Shown: positions 16,426 through 26,999, counted from the first letter of the stretch. The stretch is DNA of 64,000 bases from Candidatus Micrarchaeota archaeon (GCA_018819225.1 JAHJQN010000008.1:1-64000); one strand, 5' to 3'. The notes: generated by a model not told the origin, from the letters alone. Numbers and translations are program-made.

Positions 16426-18834
16426 TTACGTCTTGTCCAACCGGGATTGTTTTTCCTGCTTCTTCTGCCACCACGGCGGCAAGTTCAAAGGTTTAATTGA
16501 ATCCTTGGGGGTCGCAGAAGTTCCGGATTGTTGTAGCGGTTGTTTCGGGGGTTGGGGCTTCTGAATGTTCTCGGGCGTAATGCGTTTACCCGCCAATTTA
16601 CCGTATGCGAACACGCCGCCCACCAGAATAACCACGATAACCATAACCAAAAGGAAATTCATGCCTCCAGACGCCGTAAATGCGGCGACATCTTCATCGA
16701 ACGCCGAAACCGGTTCCGCTGAAGGAGATGCATCCGATTTCAAGCGCAAATTCGGAGCGGGGAATGCGTCCAATACGCTGGCTTCCATGGGAGTCAACAC
16801 TTCAACGAAAACCGAGAATTCTTCGGTGGATGCAAGGGAAAGATCGTTCCAAATGGCGATCACGCTGCCGCGTTCCACCAAAGAGGGTTCGGGATCAAAA
16901 CCAATCAAACCATTCAAATAATCATCATAATTGAAAGGAAACGCGAATTCCAAATCCCCTTCAAACCCGCCTTCCGGAGCCTTGAACACGAGAGTAAACG
17001 TTGCGGAATTGGATTCAAAAACAGCGCGGACTGTTGATTGATCGGAAAGCGTACGCTCCAGAACGGAAACCGATACCGTGGGAACCGGTGTTGACGTGGG
17101 AACGGAAGTCGGAGTAGGAGTCGGCGTCGGAATTGTCGAAGGGAGAGGAGTCGGAGTCGCCGTGGAAGAACTCGAACAATCCGATACAAAATTGAAATCG
17201 CGACTATTTTGAATGTTCGTATACTGGACGCGCACCGTGACCGTTGCCGTACCCGTACCCGAAAACGCTTGCGAAGATGAATACGAGCCATCCACAGCCG
17301 TAATCGTCGAGCCGACTGCGGCGCCGGAAAAGAGAATGGTCTTTGAACCTAAATAAGCTGATCCTGCAGCCGCTGTACCGGAAATCGTGATAGAGTCTCC
17401 GGAACAAATGGCGTAAGTGGATAACGTCAACGTCACATCGCCGATTAGATCGCGCAACTCGATCTGGAGCGCGTTCGTTTCCGTGGATACGTGTCCCAAC
17501 AAATCCGTAAATGAAAAGTCGACCGTGTAATTGTTTGCGGGCGTCGTCGTGTTCGTTTCCCAGACCCATTTGTAAACCAGGGAATTGACTTGCGTCGCCG
17601 GCGAAAGCGTGGATGCAACGGTTCCATTGGAGTACTTGATGGTCGCGATATAAGCGAAAAGATTGGGATACGACTCGGAAACATTGGCATACAAGAAGAC
17701 GTGAGCGCCACGGTATGTTGAAACATTCGTATCGGAGGTAATCGCTTCCACGGGCGTTAAAGCCACTGAAAAGTTGTTCGCATCCGGAACCACCGCATCT
17801 ATCGCAAAGCTTCCGGAAGCCGTTCCCTGGTTGGAATGCGAGTCATTACCATAGAAAACAAAAGAATAATTGCCGCTTCCGCTCGCCGACAAATCGGCCG
17901 ACTTGGAATAATATATTCCCGAAGAATTCGCGAACGACGCGTTGACGTACCGCATGACTAAACCCGTCGCGTTCGAAATCTCTAGAACAATGGATGACAG
18001 GATTTCCGTCGAAGAAACATTGAGTAATACGGTTGCGTTCGGGTACCAGATCACGGAAGGGGATTTGATGGAAAGAACGGGAGCGGTCGTATCCGGCAGC
18101 ACCATTACTACCGTACTATTTGAAAGCGCTGGATTCAAAACCGGTTTGCCCGTAATCAATGCGGCACCCGAAGACACGGCGTCAAACGTTCCCGTTTGCG
18201 TCGCGTTACCCGAAACGTAGGAAACCACGGAGGAATTCGCTACCCAATTGAAGCCACCGGCTGTGTTCGGATTCCCGTATTGGTCCCAACCCGTAAGCGT
18301 CAAAGTAAACCGGCTGCCCACACTTTGCGTCAACGCACTCGAGGAAGTCAAATTGACGCTCACCATATCGTCCGCTATGAACGTGACGGGACTCGTAATC
18401 CCCGAATCCAGTACCTCGAAACCCGACGTATAGTTACCCGTCTGAATTTCGACGAAGTATCCTTGAGCGGCCGTCGGATTAATCACGCTTTGGAAATCGA
18501 TGAAGACGTCCGTCACGGGATCCAACGGCTCCGGAGAAGAAAGGTTGACGATGACTTTTTGGCCGACAATCGTGGGATCCGGCAAGAAATTGTTAAGGCC
18601 CGAAATAGGTCCCAACGTGACCGGCGTTGATAAGATGAATTCGTCTGCAAAAATGACCGTAACGAAGGAAAGGTTATGGAGTTCAGCTGCTTTGAAATGA
18701 ACGGTGATCGTTTCGAGCGCGCCCACCGTGTAATTCGAAGGGGAATAGTCCAAGGTACTGATCGTTCCAGCCGAAACAGAATAGGAAAACAATACGAGAC
18801 ATGCGAACGAAAGGAATCCAAGCGAACGACTCAT
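16426..18834 (-). CDS. Cell-surface glycoprotein with Ig-like domains, Thr/Pro linker and C-terminal TM anchor
   Basis: Signal peptide, many sequons, 'TATPTPLPSTIPTPTPTPTSVPTSTPVP', C-terminal TM helix. Confidence 0.8.
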   Translation of the reverse strand: MSRSLGFLSFACLVLFSYSVSAGTISTLDYSPSNYTVGALETITVHFKAAELHNLSFVTVIFADEFILSTPVTLGPISGLNNFLPDPTIVGQKVIVNLSSPEPLDPVTDVFIDFQSVINPTAAQGYFVEIQTGNYTSGFEVLDSGITSPVTFIADDMVSVNLTSSSALTQSVGSRFTLTLTGWDQYGNPNTAGGFNWVANSSVVSYVSGNATQTGTFDAVSSGAALITGKPVLNPALSNSTVVMVLPDTTAPVLSIKSPSVIWYPNATVLLNVSSTEILSSIVLEISNATGLVMRYVNASFANSSGIYYSKSADLSASGSGNYSFVFYGNDSHSNQGTASGSFAIDAVVPDANNFSVALTPVEAITSDTNVSTYRGAHVFLYANVSESYPNLFAYIATIKYSNGTVASTLSPATQVNSLVYKWVWETNTTTPANNYTVDFSFTDLLGHVSTETNALQIELRDLIGDVTLTLSTYAICSGDSITISGTAAAGSAYLGSKTILFSGAAVGSTITAVDGSYSSSQAFSGTGTATVTVRVQYTNIQNSRDFNFVSDCSSSSTATPTPLPSTIPTPTPTPTSVPTSTPVPTVSVSVLERTLSDQSTVRAVFESNSATFTLVFKAPEGGFEGDLEFAFPFNYDDYLNGLIGFDPEPSLVERGSVIAIWNDLSLASTEEFSVFVEVLTPMEASVLDAFPAPNLRLKSDASPSAEPVSAFDEDVAAFTASGGMNFLLVMVIVVILVGGVFAYGKLAGKRITPENIQKPQPPKQPLQQSGTSATPKDSIKPLNLPPWWQKKQEKQSRLDKT

Positions 18835-18898
18835 AGAACCAAAAACCTCTTTTGTGGGTATGAAAAAATAAACCGGAATAGTATAAAAGGCTATTTTT

Positions 18899-19390
18899 TT
18901 AGAGCAGTTGACGGTATTCCTCCTTAATCACGTTCAAAATGACGTGGGTATTGCTGCGTTCCACTTGATCCAAAGACAGAATTTGCTTTACAATCTTGCT
19001 GAACTCGCCGCGATTTCGAGCGCGAACCAAAACCATGGAATCACTTAACCCCGTGACGTCATAGACGGCGACGACGCCCGGCAGATTCGAAATCTGCCTC
19101 TGAACTTCCAGCAACGCCCCCTTGCGAATCGTGACTTCAATCAAACCTGTGAATTCGTACCCCAAACGAGCATGATTCAACAACGGAGAGTAGCCGTTAA
19201 TGATGCCCTCGGATTCCAGACGCTTGACGCGCTGAACCACCGTCGACGTCGAAACCTTCAGACGGCGGGCAATCTCGCGAAACGAATCCCGTGCATTTCG
19301 AGAAAGCTCTCTCAATATGCGCTCGTCCAGCTTATCCGCAACATACGACTCTTGAGCGGGCTCCTTTTTCACCAAGTTCATTGCAAGCAT
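18899..19390 (-). CDS. Lrp/AsnC-family regulator
   Basis: 'LDERILRELSRNARDSFREIARRL...RVKRLESEGIINGY', 'YDVTG'. Confidence 0.93.
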   Translation of the reverse strand: MLAMNLVKKEPAQESYVADKLDERILRELSRNARDSFREIARRLKVSTSTVVQRVKRLESEGIINGYSPLLNHARLGYEFTGLIEVTIRKGALLEVQRQISNLPGVVAVYDVTGLSDSMVLVRARNRGEFSKIVKQILSLDQVERSNTHVILNVIKEEYRQLL

Positions 19391-19450
19391 AAGCGTCCAA
19401 TAGGTTAAAAATATTGCTCTGCTAACCCCATTTCCCGAAGGCGATCACTC

Positions 19451-20728
19451 ATGCTGGACATGCGGTACGTGCGAACGCACGAAAACGAAGTCAGAAAAAA
19501 CCTCGAAAGGCGTCAAGACCCCCGCGTCATGACCCGATTCGAAGCCCTCATCGAAAAAGACCGGTCCTGGCGGGAACAAAAACAGCTAGCGGAAAAACTC
19601 AAAGCGCAACGCAACGTGCTCTCCCGAGAAATCACGGCTCTCAAGAAACAAAAAAAAGATGCGCAAACGAAAATCGATGAAGCGGCATCGATTCCCTCAA
19701 AAATCAAGGCGGCGGACGCCCAACGCATGAAATTAGAAAAAGAAACGAATGATCTCTTGATGCGGATCCCCAATTTACTTGCAAACGATGTACCGACCGG
19801 TAAAGGAGAGGAAGACAACGCGGTGATCCGAACGTGGGGAAAACGCGCCTCGTATGCATTTGAACCCAAAAGCCACGTCGACCTGATTGCGGATCTCGAT
19901 ATAGCGGACATTCCACGAGCCGCCAAAATCGCGGGCGCACGATTCTATTTTCTCAAGAACGAACTCGTGGTATTGGACATGGCTTTGCAGCGCATGGCAC
20001 TCGATTTGCTCATGAAAAAAGGATTCGTGCCCGTTATTCCCCCGTTGTTAATGCACCGGAAGCCGTATGAAGGCGTCACCGACCTCAAAGATTTCGAGGA
20101 CGTCATGTACAAGGCCGAAGGCGAGGACTTGTACTTGATTGCGACTAGCGAGCACCCCCTCGCCGCCATGCACGGGAATGAAATTCTGGATGGTAATAAA
20201 CTCCCCTTGAAATATGCGGGGGTGAGCACGTGCTTCCGCCGGGAAGCCGGCGCCCACGGAAGAGACACCAAAGGCATATTTCGAGTGCACCAATTCACGA
20301 AAGTCGAACAGTTCGTGTACTGCAAGCCCGCGGACTCTCCCGCCATACTCGAAGACCTGTTAAAGAACGCGGAAACGGTTTTTCAGAAGCTTGAAATTCC
20401 CTACCGCATTGTTAACATCTGCACGGGAGAAATTGGAACCGTCGCCACAAAAAAATACGATATCGAGGCATGGATGCCGGCTCAAAACGCATTCCGGGAG
20501 GTTGTCAGCGCCAGCAACTGCTCCTCTTACCAAGCCAATCGATTAAGCATTCGGTACCGGAAAGACTTTCAGTTCGAAGAAAAAGAAGCCGTGCACACGC
20601 TGAATGCCACTGCCGTAGCCAACCCGCGAGCCATCGTAGCCATCCTTGAAAATCACCAAAACACAGACGGAAGCATCTCCATACCGAAAGCCCTGCAGCC
20701 GTACGCCGGATTCAAAGAAATCAAGTAA
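19451..20728 (+). CDS. serS: Seryl-tRNA synthetase
   Basis: 'YLIATSEHPL', 'CFRREAGAHGRDTKGIFRVHQFTKVEQF', 'HTLNATA'. Confidence 0.97.
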   Translation: MLDMRYVRTHENEVRKNLERRQDPRVMTRFEALIEKDRSWREQKQLAEKLKAQRNVLSREITALKKQKKDAQTKIDEAASIPSKIKAADAQRMKLEKETNDLLMRIPNLLANDVPTGKGEEDNAVIRTWGKRASYAFEPKSHVDLIADLDIADIPRAAKIAGARFYFLKNELVVLDMALQRMALDLLMKKGFVPVIPPLLMHRKPYEGVTDLKDFEDVMYKAEGEDLYLIATSEHPLAAMHGNEILDGNKLPLKYAGVSTCFRREAGAHGRDTKGIFRVHQFTKVEQFVYCKPADSPAILEDLLKNAETVFQKLEIPYRIVNICTGEIGTVATKKYDIEAWMPAQNAFREVVSASNCSSYQANRLSIRYRKDFQFEEKEAVHTLNATAVANPRAIVAILENHQNTDGSISIPKALQPYAGFKEIK

Positions 20729-20812
20729 TTATCCGTTAACGGCGACACCCGCTCAAACGGCACAAATAAAAAGCGGTTTCCTAATGATAATACGTCGAAG
20801 GCGAACCCATTA

Positions 20813-21244
20813 ATGAATTTGAAGATTTTAGCCAAGGCATTCGTAGCGCTCCTAGCCACTAGCTTAATTGCCTATTCCTTTTCGATCATCGGCGTTCCGG
20901 GGACGCCTGTAGACTCCTTCTGGAAGTTATTCGCGCTCGTGCTCGGCGTATCCATTGTAACGGGATACGCTTGGCCGCAACTTCGAGGAGTGCGGAAAGG
21001 AGACATGCTCATGGTCGTGGAACGGCGGCACCAACACGAAGGCGATTTCATACAAAACATTATTGATAGTTACCTCGTAACGGCTCTCGAGGACGGACGA
21101 ATCGGAAACAAAATAAAAGTGCGTATCTCCAACCAGCGAAACAACAACCTTAAAGGAGAAGGGGTCATCATTTCATACGCGGAAACGCTAAGACCCGCCC
21201 GCATTCGGCTCACTGAAAGCGAAGTGCAAGTCAAATGGTCATGA
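20813..21244 (+). CDS. Hypothetical membrane protein (two TM plus beta-rich domain)
   Basis: Two N-terminal TM helices. ATGA overlap with the downstream protease. Confidence 0.65.
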   Translation: MNLKILAKAFVALLATSLIAYSFSIIGVPGTPVDSFWKLFALVLGVSIVTGYAWPQLRGVRKGDMLMVVERRHQHEGDFIQNIIDSYLVTALEDGRIGNKIKVRISNQRNNNLKGEGVIISYAETLRPARIRLTESEVQVKWS

Positions 21245-21807
21245 AAACCGATTACGTCGAAATACTGCACATCGTCGTATCCGTCATCACCATCTCAATA
21301 GCTTTTTCCTTGTTTAGCGGCCAGTTTTGGCTCATACTGATCACGCTGGGGCTTGGATTCGTGCTTCATGAACTCGCGCACAAGTTCGTGGCACAAGGCT
21401 ATGGCGCGATTGCGTATTATCGAGCGTGGACATTCGGACTCGTTTTGGCGCTCGTGCTCGCTGTCGTCACCGGCGGCGGATTCGTGTTTGCCGCGCCCGG
21501 AGCCGTCATGATCCACGGACCGCATTTGACTCGGAGCCAAAACGGAAAGATCGCGATTGCAGGCGCCATGATGAATTTTTTCCTCGCCCTCGGGTTCATC
21601 ATGTTGGGCACCTTAACGCAATACCGGGAACTCGCGTATTGGGGAGCGTATATTAACGCGTTCCTTGGCGCGTTCAACTTAATTCCTATTTATCCGCTTG
21701 ACGGACAAAAAGTGAAGGCCTGGAATCCGTTATGGTGGAGTGTCGCAGCCGTCATCCTCTTCGGGTTACTTATCAGTATTATGTTCAACATCATCCCGTT
21801 GAGATAA
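21241..21807 (+). CDS. Site-2 (M50) intramembrane metalloprotease
   Basis: 'HELAH' and 'FNLIPIYPLDG'. Confidence 0.92.
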   Translation: MKTDYVEILHIVVSVITISIAFSLFSGQFWLILITLGLGFVLHELAHKFVAQGYGAIAYYRAWTFGLVLALVLAVVTGGGFVFAAPGAVMIHGPHLTRSQNGKIAIAGAMMNFFLALGFIMLGTLTQYRELAYWGAYINAFLGAFNLIPIYPLDGQKVKAWNPLWWSVAAVILFGLLISIMFNIIPLR

Positions 21808-21811
21808 AGCG

Positions 21812-24800
21812 CTAGAGCTTCCTAAATCGCGCCGTAACCGTGAGCTTACCGAACGCTGCCTTCGCCGACGCATCGCCTTTCAAACCACGTTCCGAATCGA
21901 CGAGAAGGATCTTGGACGCTCCGACTTCTTCCTTCAATTCGGCTATCTTGCTTTTCAAAACGTTCGAAGCTTCCTCCGAACCGTAAAGAGTCAGCTCAAC
22001 ATGGTTTTGAACCTGCAACTTATTCTTTTTACGCGAATCTTGAATCGCGCGCACTAACTCTCGGAAGAACGCCTCCTTTTCGAGCTCGGGAGTTAACGTC
22101 TTCGGTACGAAAACCGATCCGCCCTTAAACTCCTTTGAATGCATGCCGGATGGCTTTTGCTTGGAAAAGCGTACGGATAACGCGTTACATGAACGCATTA
22201 ATACCGCCTGCAATTCGGATACGGCGTTCTCAACGGATTCATGGCCTGAAAACACGATTTCTTGAACGGGCCACCGACGCTTCAACTGCATTTCCTGACG
22301 CGCGGCGTTCACGGTCTCCACCATTCTTTCCGATAGCACGAACACGTTCTCCAAATCTCTTTTAATGCGCTTGTGGTCCGGTTTCGGCCAATCCTCGTAA
22401 TGGACACTCTCCTTCGAAGACGCATCGTTCAACTCGCGGTACATGAACTCCGATAGAAACGGGGAAATCGGCGCCAACAATTTCGAATACGTCAATAAAG
22501 TGTAACGCATGACCGCCAGAGCGGTTTTCCGACTTTCCGGTTCAGCGGTCAGCGAAACACGGTCGCGCACCAACTTGATGTAAACCCGCGAAAACTCATT
22601 GACCGCAAAATGCACGAGCGAACGACCCGCCAAATGCCGTTCGAACGCATCCATGTGCCTCGTCACCGCCTGAACCACGGATTCCAGACGACTAATAATC
22701 CACGCATCCTCTTTCTCCAAATTCAACGCATCCAAAGAACGGGGAACGCGTACGCCTTGAGCATACGTTTCATAGAAGGAAAGCGTATTATACAGAATCG
22801 TGAACGCCTTCTGAACTTCCCCAGCCGTCCTAAACGAAAACTTTTGCACCTCCCAAGGGGCAATCTCGAAACAATAATACATGCGGATCACATCCGCCGA
22901 AAGCTGTTCAATGGCATCACGCGCGGGCACCACGTTCCCAAGACTCTTGCTCATCTTCTCTCCTTTCTCGTCCAAAACCCAGCCATTCATCGCCACCGCC
23001 AAATACGGCGTTTTTCCGAATACTCCAACCGAAGCAAACATGAGAGAATCAAACCAGCCGCGAATCTGATCCTGACTTTCATTGATGAGGTTTGCCGGAA
23101 ACATGCGTTCAAACAATTCCTTATTCTTGAAAGGATAACCCAGGGAAGCCCAAGGCGCAATACCCGAATCAAACCACACATTCAAAATGTCCTTGATGCG
23201 GACCGCCGATCCTTTACAGCGACTGCACTTCAATTGGATGGCGTCTACGGTATGACGGTGAAGATCCGTCAAGTCCTTCAACCGAACGCCCCCCAACGCT
23301 TTTTCAACCAATTCCGATCGACTGCCAATGACCTGGTAATCCCCACACTCCGAACAAACCCAGATGGGTAACGGGATACCCCAATAACGCTGTTGGGAAA
23401 TGCACCAGTCTTCCCGGTCCACCAACCAATTGTGAAACTTTTCCTTACCGTAGGGGGGCATCCATTTCACATGCTGTTCATTCTCCTCCAGCATTTTCCC
23501 CTTAACCGATTCAACTGAAAGATACCACTGGTCACTCAAGCGGAAAATGAGCTGCGATTTGCATCGCCAGCACAACGCCACGCGATGCGTCACCCTTTCG
23601 GCATGCAATAAATGGCCCGTCTCGTCCAATTTTGCTACAATCAATGGATCCGCCTTTTTCACGAACTGGCCTTTAAACCAATCCACCTCGTCCGTATACC
23701 GGCCTTTTTCATCCAACGGCGACGGCGAAGGCAATTGGTAATGCTTACCAACAAAATGATCCGTTTGACCGTGACCCGGAGCACAATGAACGAGCCCCGT
23801 TCCATCCTCCAGGTTCACGAACTCAGTATACTCCTCTTTTTCTTGCGTGCCCGTCACCTCATCGAGTTTTTTCTCGCTTTCCGCCTCGCTTTTACTCTTG
23901 TGCTTGATTTTATGCTTCTTGTACTTTTTATGCGTCATAATGGGAATGCTCATGAGCACTTTCCGCGCATTCGAAGGAAGTTTTCTTTGCACGCCCACAT
24001 CCAAAACCGGCTCGTACTCCCACTGATCCATTTTTTTTCCAGGAAATGTTTCCAAGACGATGAGATCAGTTTTCAGTTTTTCTTTCAGAAATTCCAACCG
24101 TTTCTCTCCGAATACGAGTACTTCTTTCCCACTTTGCGCGCGCACATACTTTTCTTTCGGATGCGCAATGACGGAAACATTGCTCGCTAGCGTCCAAGGC
24201 GTCGTCGTCCACACCAGCAGAAACTCGTTTGATTTGTTCTTTAACTTAAATTTTATATAAATACTCGGGTCCGACAAATCCTTGTACGAATCACTCACTT
24301 CATATCCAGATAACGAGGTCTCGCAATGCGGACACCAATACGTGGATTTTTGACCCCGCGTCAACAGTCCTTTGTCCTCCATCTGTTTAAGCGTCCACCA
24401 TCCACTTTCAATATAATAATCCTTGTAAGTAAAATACGGTTCGGAGTAAAAGCGCCATGCTCCGAGCAAGCGATAGTACGCCATCCAATTCTTTTCCGTA
24501 TTCACCACTTTTTCCAAGCATTTAGCATCAAATTTTTGAATCCCGATTTTCTCGATATCTTGTTTATTCTTGATCCCCAACTCTTTTTCCACCATGACCT
24601 CCGTTGGCAGTCCATGGCAGTCAAATCCCGGTTGAAAGAAGCTGGAAAAACCCTTCATTTGCATGTAACGGCTCCAGATATCCTTGCTGGCCGTGGTCTT
24701 TACATGTCCAACGTGAGCATCCGCATTCGCGTACGGAGGCCCATCCAGCAAATAAAAAGGCTTGGCGTCAGGGCGTTGCCTGGAAAGATTCTGAGGCACC

Positions 24801-24862
24801 CGATTCTTTTCCCAAAACTCAAGAATTTCGGCTTCAATGCGTTTCTGGTCGTACGGCTTCAT
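21812..24862 (-). CDS. ileS: Isoleucyl-tRNA synthetase
   Basis: 'DGPPYAN..HVGH', 'WTTTPWTL', 'GTGLVHCAPGHG', 'DWCISQQRYWG', 'KMSKS'. AAGGTG SD before ATG 24862. Confidence 0.97.
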   Translation of the reverse strand: MKPYDQKRIEAEILEFWEKNRVPQNLSRQRPDAKPFYLLDGPPYANADAHVGHVKTTASKDIWSRYMQMKGFSSFFQPGFDCHGLPTEVMVEKELGIKNKQDIEKIGIQKFDAKCLEKVVNTEKNWMAYYRLLGAWRFYSEPYFTYKDYYIESGWWTLKQMEDKGLLTRGQKSTYWCPHCETSLSGYEVSDSYKDLSDPSIYIKFKLKNKSNEFLLVWTTTPWTLASNVSVIAHPKEKYVRAQSGKEVLVFGEKRLEFLKEKLKTDLIVLETFPGKKMDQWEYEPVLDVGVQRKLPSNARKVLMSIPIMTHKKYKKHKIKHKSKSEAESEKKLDEVTGTQEKEEYTEFVNLEDGTGLVHCAPGHGQTDHFVGKHYQLPSPSPLDEKGRYTDEVDWFKGQFVKKADPLIVAKLDETGHLLHAERVTHRVALCWRCKSQLIFRLSDQWYLSVESVKGKMLEENEQHVKWMPPYGKEKFHNWLVDREDWCISQQRYWGIPLPIWVCSECGDYQVIGSRSELVEKALGGVRLKDLTDLHRHTVDAIQLKCSRCKGSAVRIKDILNVWFDSGIAPWASLGYPFKNKELFERMFPANLINESQDQIRGWFDSLMFASVGVFGKTPYLAVAMNGWVLDEKGEKMSKSLGNVVPARDAIEQLSADVIRMYYCFEIAPWEVQKFSFRTAGEVQKAFTILYNTLSFYETYAQGVRVPRSLDALNLEKEDAWIISRLESVVQAVTRHMDAFERHLAGRSLVHFAVNEFSRVYIKLVRDRVSLTAEPESRKTALAVMRYTLLTYSKLLAPISPFLSEFMYRELNDASSKESVHYEDWPKPDHKRIKRDLENVFVLSERMVETVNAARQEMQLKRRWPVQEIVFSGHESVENAVSELQAVLMRSCNALSVRFSKQKPSGMHSKEFKGGSVFVPKTLTPELEKEAFFRELVRAIQDSRKKNKLQVQNHVELTLYGSEEASNVLKSKIAELKEEVGASKILLVDSERGLKGDASAKAAFGKLTVTARFRKL

Positions 24863-25399
24863 GGATGACACCTTCAGCAAGTTGCTGTTGGCTTAACGTA
24901 TGAGAGCAATAGCCCTTTTGGAAAGGATATCAGCTCTTTCGCTAAGGAATCACGTCACGTGATTAATACAAGCTAAGGAAAAGCAGGGTTTTTAAGTGCT
25001 ATGAAGCCTCAAACATTTAAGACAAAAGGATGGGGGAGGGGGAAGAAGGACAGCGGCAAACAAACCGATGGAGGCAAAGAGAATCCGAAGCCCTTCTATT
25101 GAACCTTCCCCACCCATATCATGGCCTCATAAATAAGAAACTCGTGAAATAACCGAGAATAAATCCCGCGATAATAACCAGCCTCCACTTCACGGTTTCG
25201 ATGCGCTTCCAATGATCTCTTTGTAACCCGTTCGATGTAATTTCCATCCACATCCCCGGGAAAGCTATCTCGAAATTGGATGTAATATTTGTTTGGTAGA
25301 AACGAAATCAACTAATAGTTGATATTTCGTAGGTACATAAATCTACGTAATGTACGGGGTTTATATTTCACGAAATAGGGTACGTTATCAAGTGAACAA

Positions 25400-26251
25400 A
25401 TGATTCAACAAGGAATGATCCCTCAAATTTTTGGGGATGAAAATACCAAGCAGAACATAATAGAAATATTAAGCCACCGCTGGCCTTTGTGAGCTAAACA
25501 AATATATAGAGAAATTAGAAAAATAAAGCTAATAATTTCGTATCAAGGGGTACATAAAGCATTGACACAACTTGTTGATTCCGGAGTTATCGGAAAAAAA
25601 GATTCAAAATATTTATTGAAATCAAGTTGGCTGATAAATCTAGACGAATATGCATTTATGACAAAAGAAAGATATTCGGGCCGTTCTCCTACGTTAAACC
25701 AGCAAACACAATATCTCACATTTCAAAATATGTTTGAAGTAGATAAATTTCTAATTTCATTCGCAAAAAAAGCAAAAACTAAACAGTCTGAAATACTCTG
25801 TCTCCAGTGGAATCACTTCTGGATTCCGTTATTTTTTCCAAGAGAAGAATATGCCAATATGAAAAAAATTCTTGGAATGTGTCAAACGTATGCTACCACA
25901 GGAAGCAATACAATAATTGATCAATGGTGTGCAGCATTTTGGAAAGAAAAAGGTTTTCATAAAAAAACAGGTGTGAAACCGATCAGTCCTGGAGATGTCG
26001 TCGTTCTTCGAGACACCGTAATTCAAGTGTTTTATCCTTCTCGATTAATTGCGGTTATTGATAAAACATATCAAAAAACTAAGTCGATTTCAAAACTTGA
26101 TGCGAATACGCTTTTCGATAACGTGTTTATTCAAAAAGCGAATATTCCATGTGCAATAATGAGAAACCCAATACTGGCACAGCAATTACGAAACGAGATA
26201 ATAATGGCTACAAAACATAATAACAAATTCAAACGGGATCATAAGGCTTAA
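25400..26251 (+). pseudogene. wHTH transcriptional regulator interrupted by an in-frame TGA at 25490-25492 (paralog of 31116-31985)
   Basis: From ATG 25400 the frame reads '...IIEILSHRWPL*AKQIYREIRK...SYQGVHKALTQLV', aligning with 'VIRVLSKTYPLNAKQIFRAIQK...TYQAVHKSIRSLV'. Confidence 0.8.
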
Positions 26252-26308
26252 AAAGAAGATTTGGGAGACGTTATACTAGGTGAGAAACCCACCAGAACGT
26301 GAAGCAAC

Positions 26309-26917
26309 ATGCTTAGTACACCGGACTTATATACGTTTCAGAATCTTATTTTCGTACTTGCTTACGCATTTCTCGGTGGCGGCATTAAGTACATCGACCA
26401 AGTGTTCGACGAGAAGATTTTCAACCGCAAGGCCGCGTTCATTTTATCGATTCTTGCAGGATTAATCATGGGATACCTCATTGCAATGGATCCTCCTTCT
26501 GCAACCATTTTTATCGCAATTGTTCTGGGAGTGGCCATCACAAAAAAAATCGATAACATTGCGTTCTATTTAGGGGTTTTGCTTGTTTTGGCTGCTCCAT
26601 TGTTCTTCAGGCTATCGCAGACCGGCACGATTGCGCTCGATATGTTTTCAATATTTTTCCTTACAGTGGCCGCATTAATTGATGAGTGGGGAAATGATGA
26701 AGTCGATCGTTGGAATCGTGTTAATGGGGTTGTGAAAAAGTTCTTTTATTACCGTTTCACGATGAAGATTATGATGGCGGCACTGGTGTTGACGGGTACG
26801 TTCGAGATGATTTACTTGATTGCGTTTCTTGCATTTGATGGCGCATACGGATTCGTGGACTGGTACTCCCAGCGCATGATACGGAACCGTAAAGGGCTCG
26901 CTTATTCTTGGCTTTAG
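26309..26917 (+). CDS. Uncharacterised archaeal polytopic membrane protein
   Basis: About 6-7 TM helices with acidic motifs 'KYIDQVFDE', 'KIDN', 'IDEWGND'. Confidence 0.7.
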   Translation: MLSTPDLYTFQNLIFVLAYAFLGGGIKYIDQVFDEKIFNRKAAFILSILAGLIMGYLIAMDPPSATIFIAIVLGVAITKKIDNIAFYLGVLLVLAAPLFFRLSQTGTIALDMFSIFFLTVAALIDEWGNDEVDRWNRVNGVVKKFFYYRFTMKIMMAALVLTGTFEMIYLIAFLAFDGAYGFVDWYSQRMIRNRKGLAYSWL

Positions 26918-26999
26918 GGGTTTTACCAGCAACTTAGACCGTACGGGGGGGTGCTAAGAAACGAATAAATAGTGCTAATGTGTACTGGCTTCGAGATCC

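Noticed and set aside
25096-25311. 71-aa minus-strand ORF at the island edge
   Set aside because: Non-ATG start and no recognisable motif. It may be a gene fragment, but I cannot support a call.
25490-25492. Selenocysteine or genetic-code reassignment of TGA
   Set aside because: The aligned paralog residue is Asn rather than Cys, Trp or Gly, and TGA terminates many ordinary genes in the window (larE, larB, smc, ftsZ).
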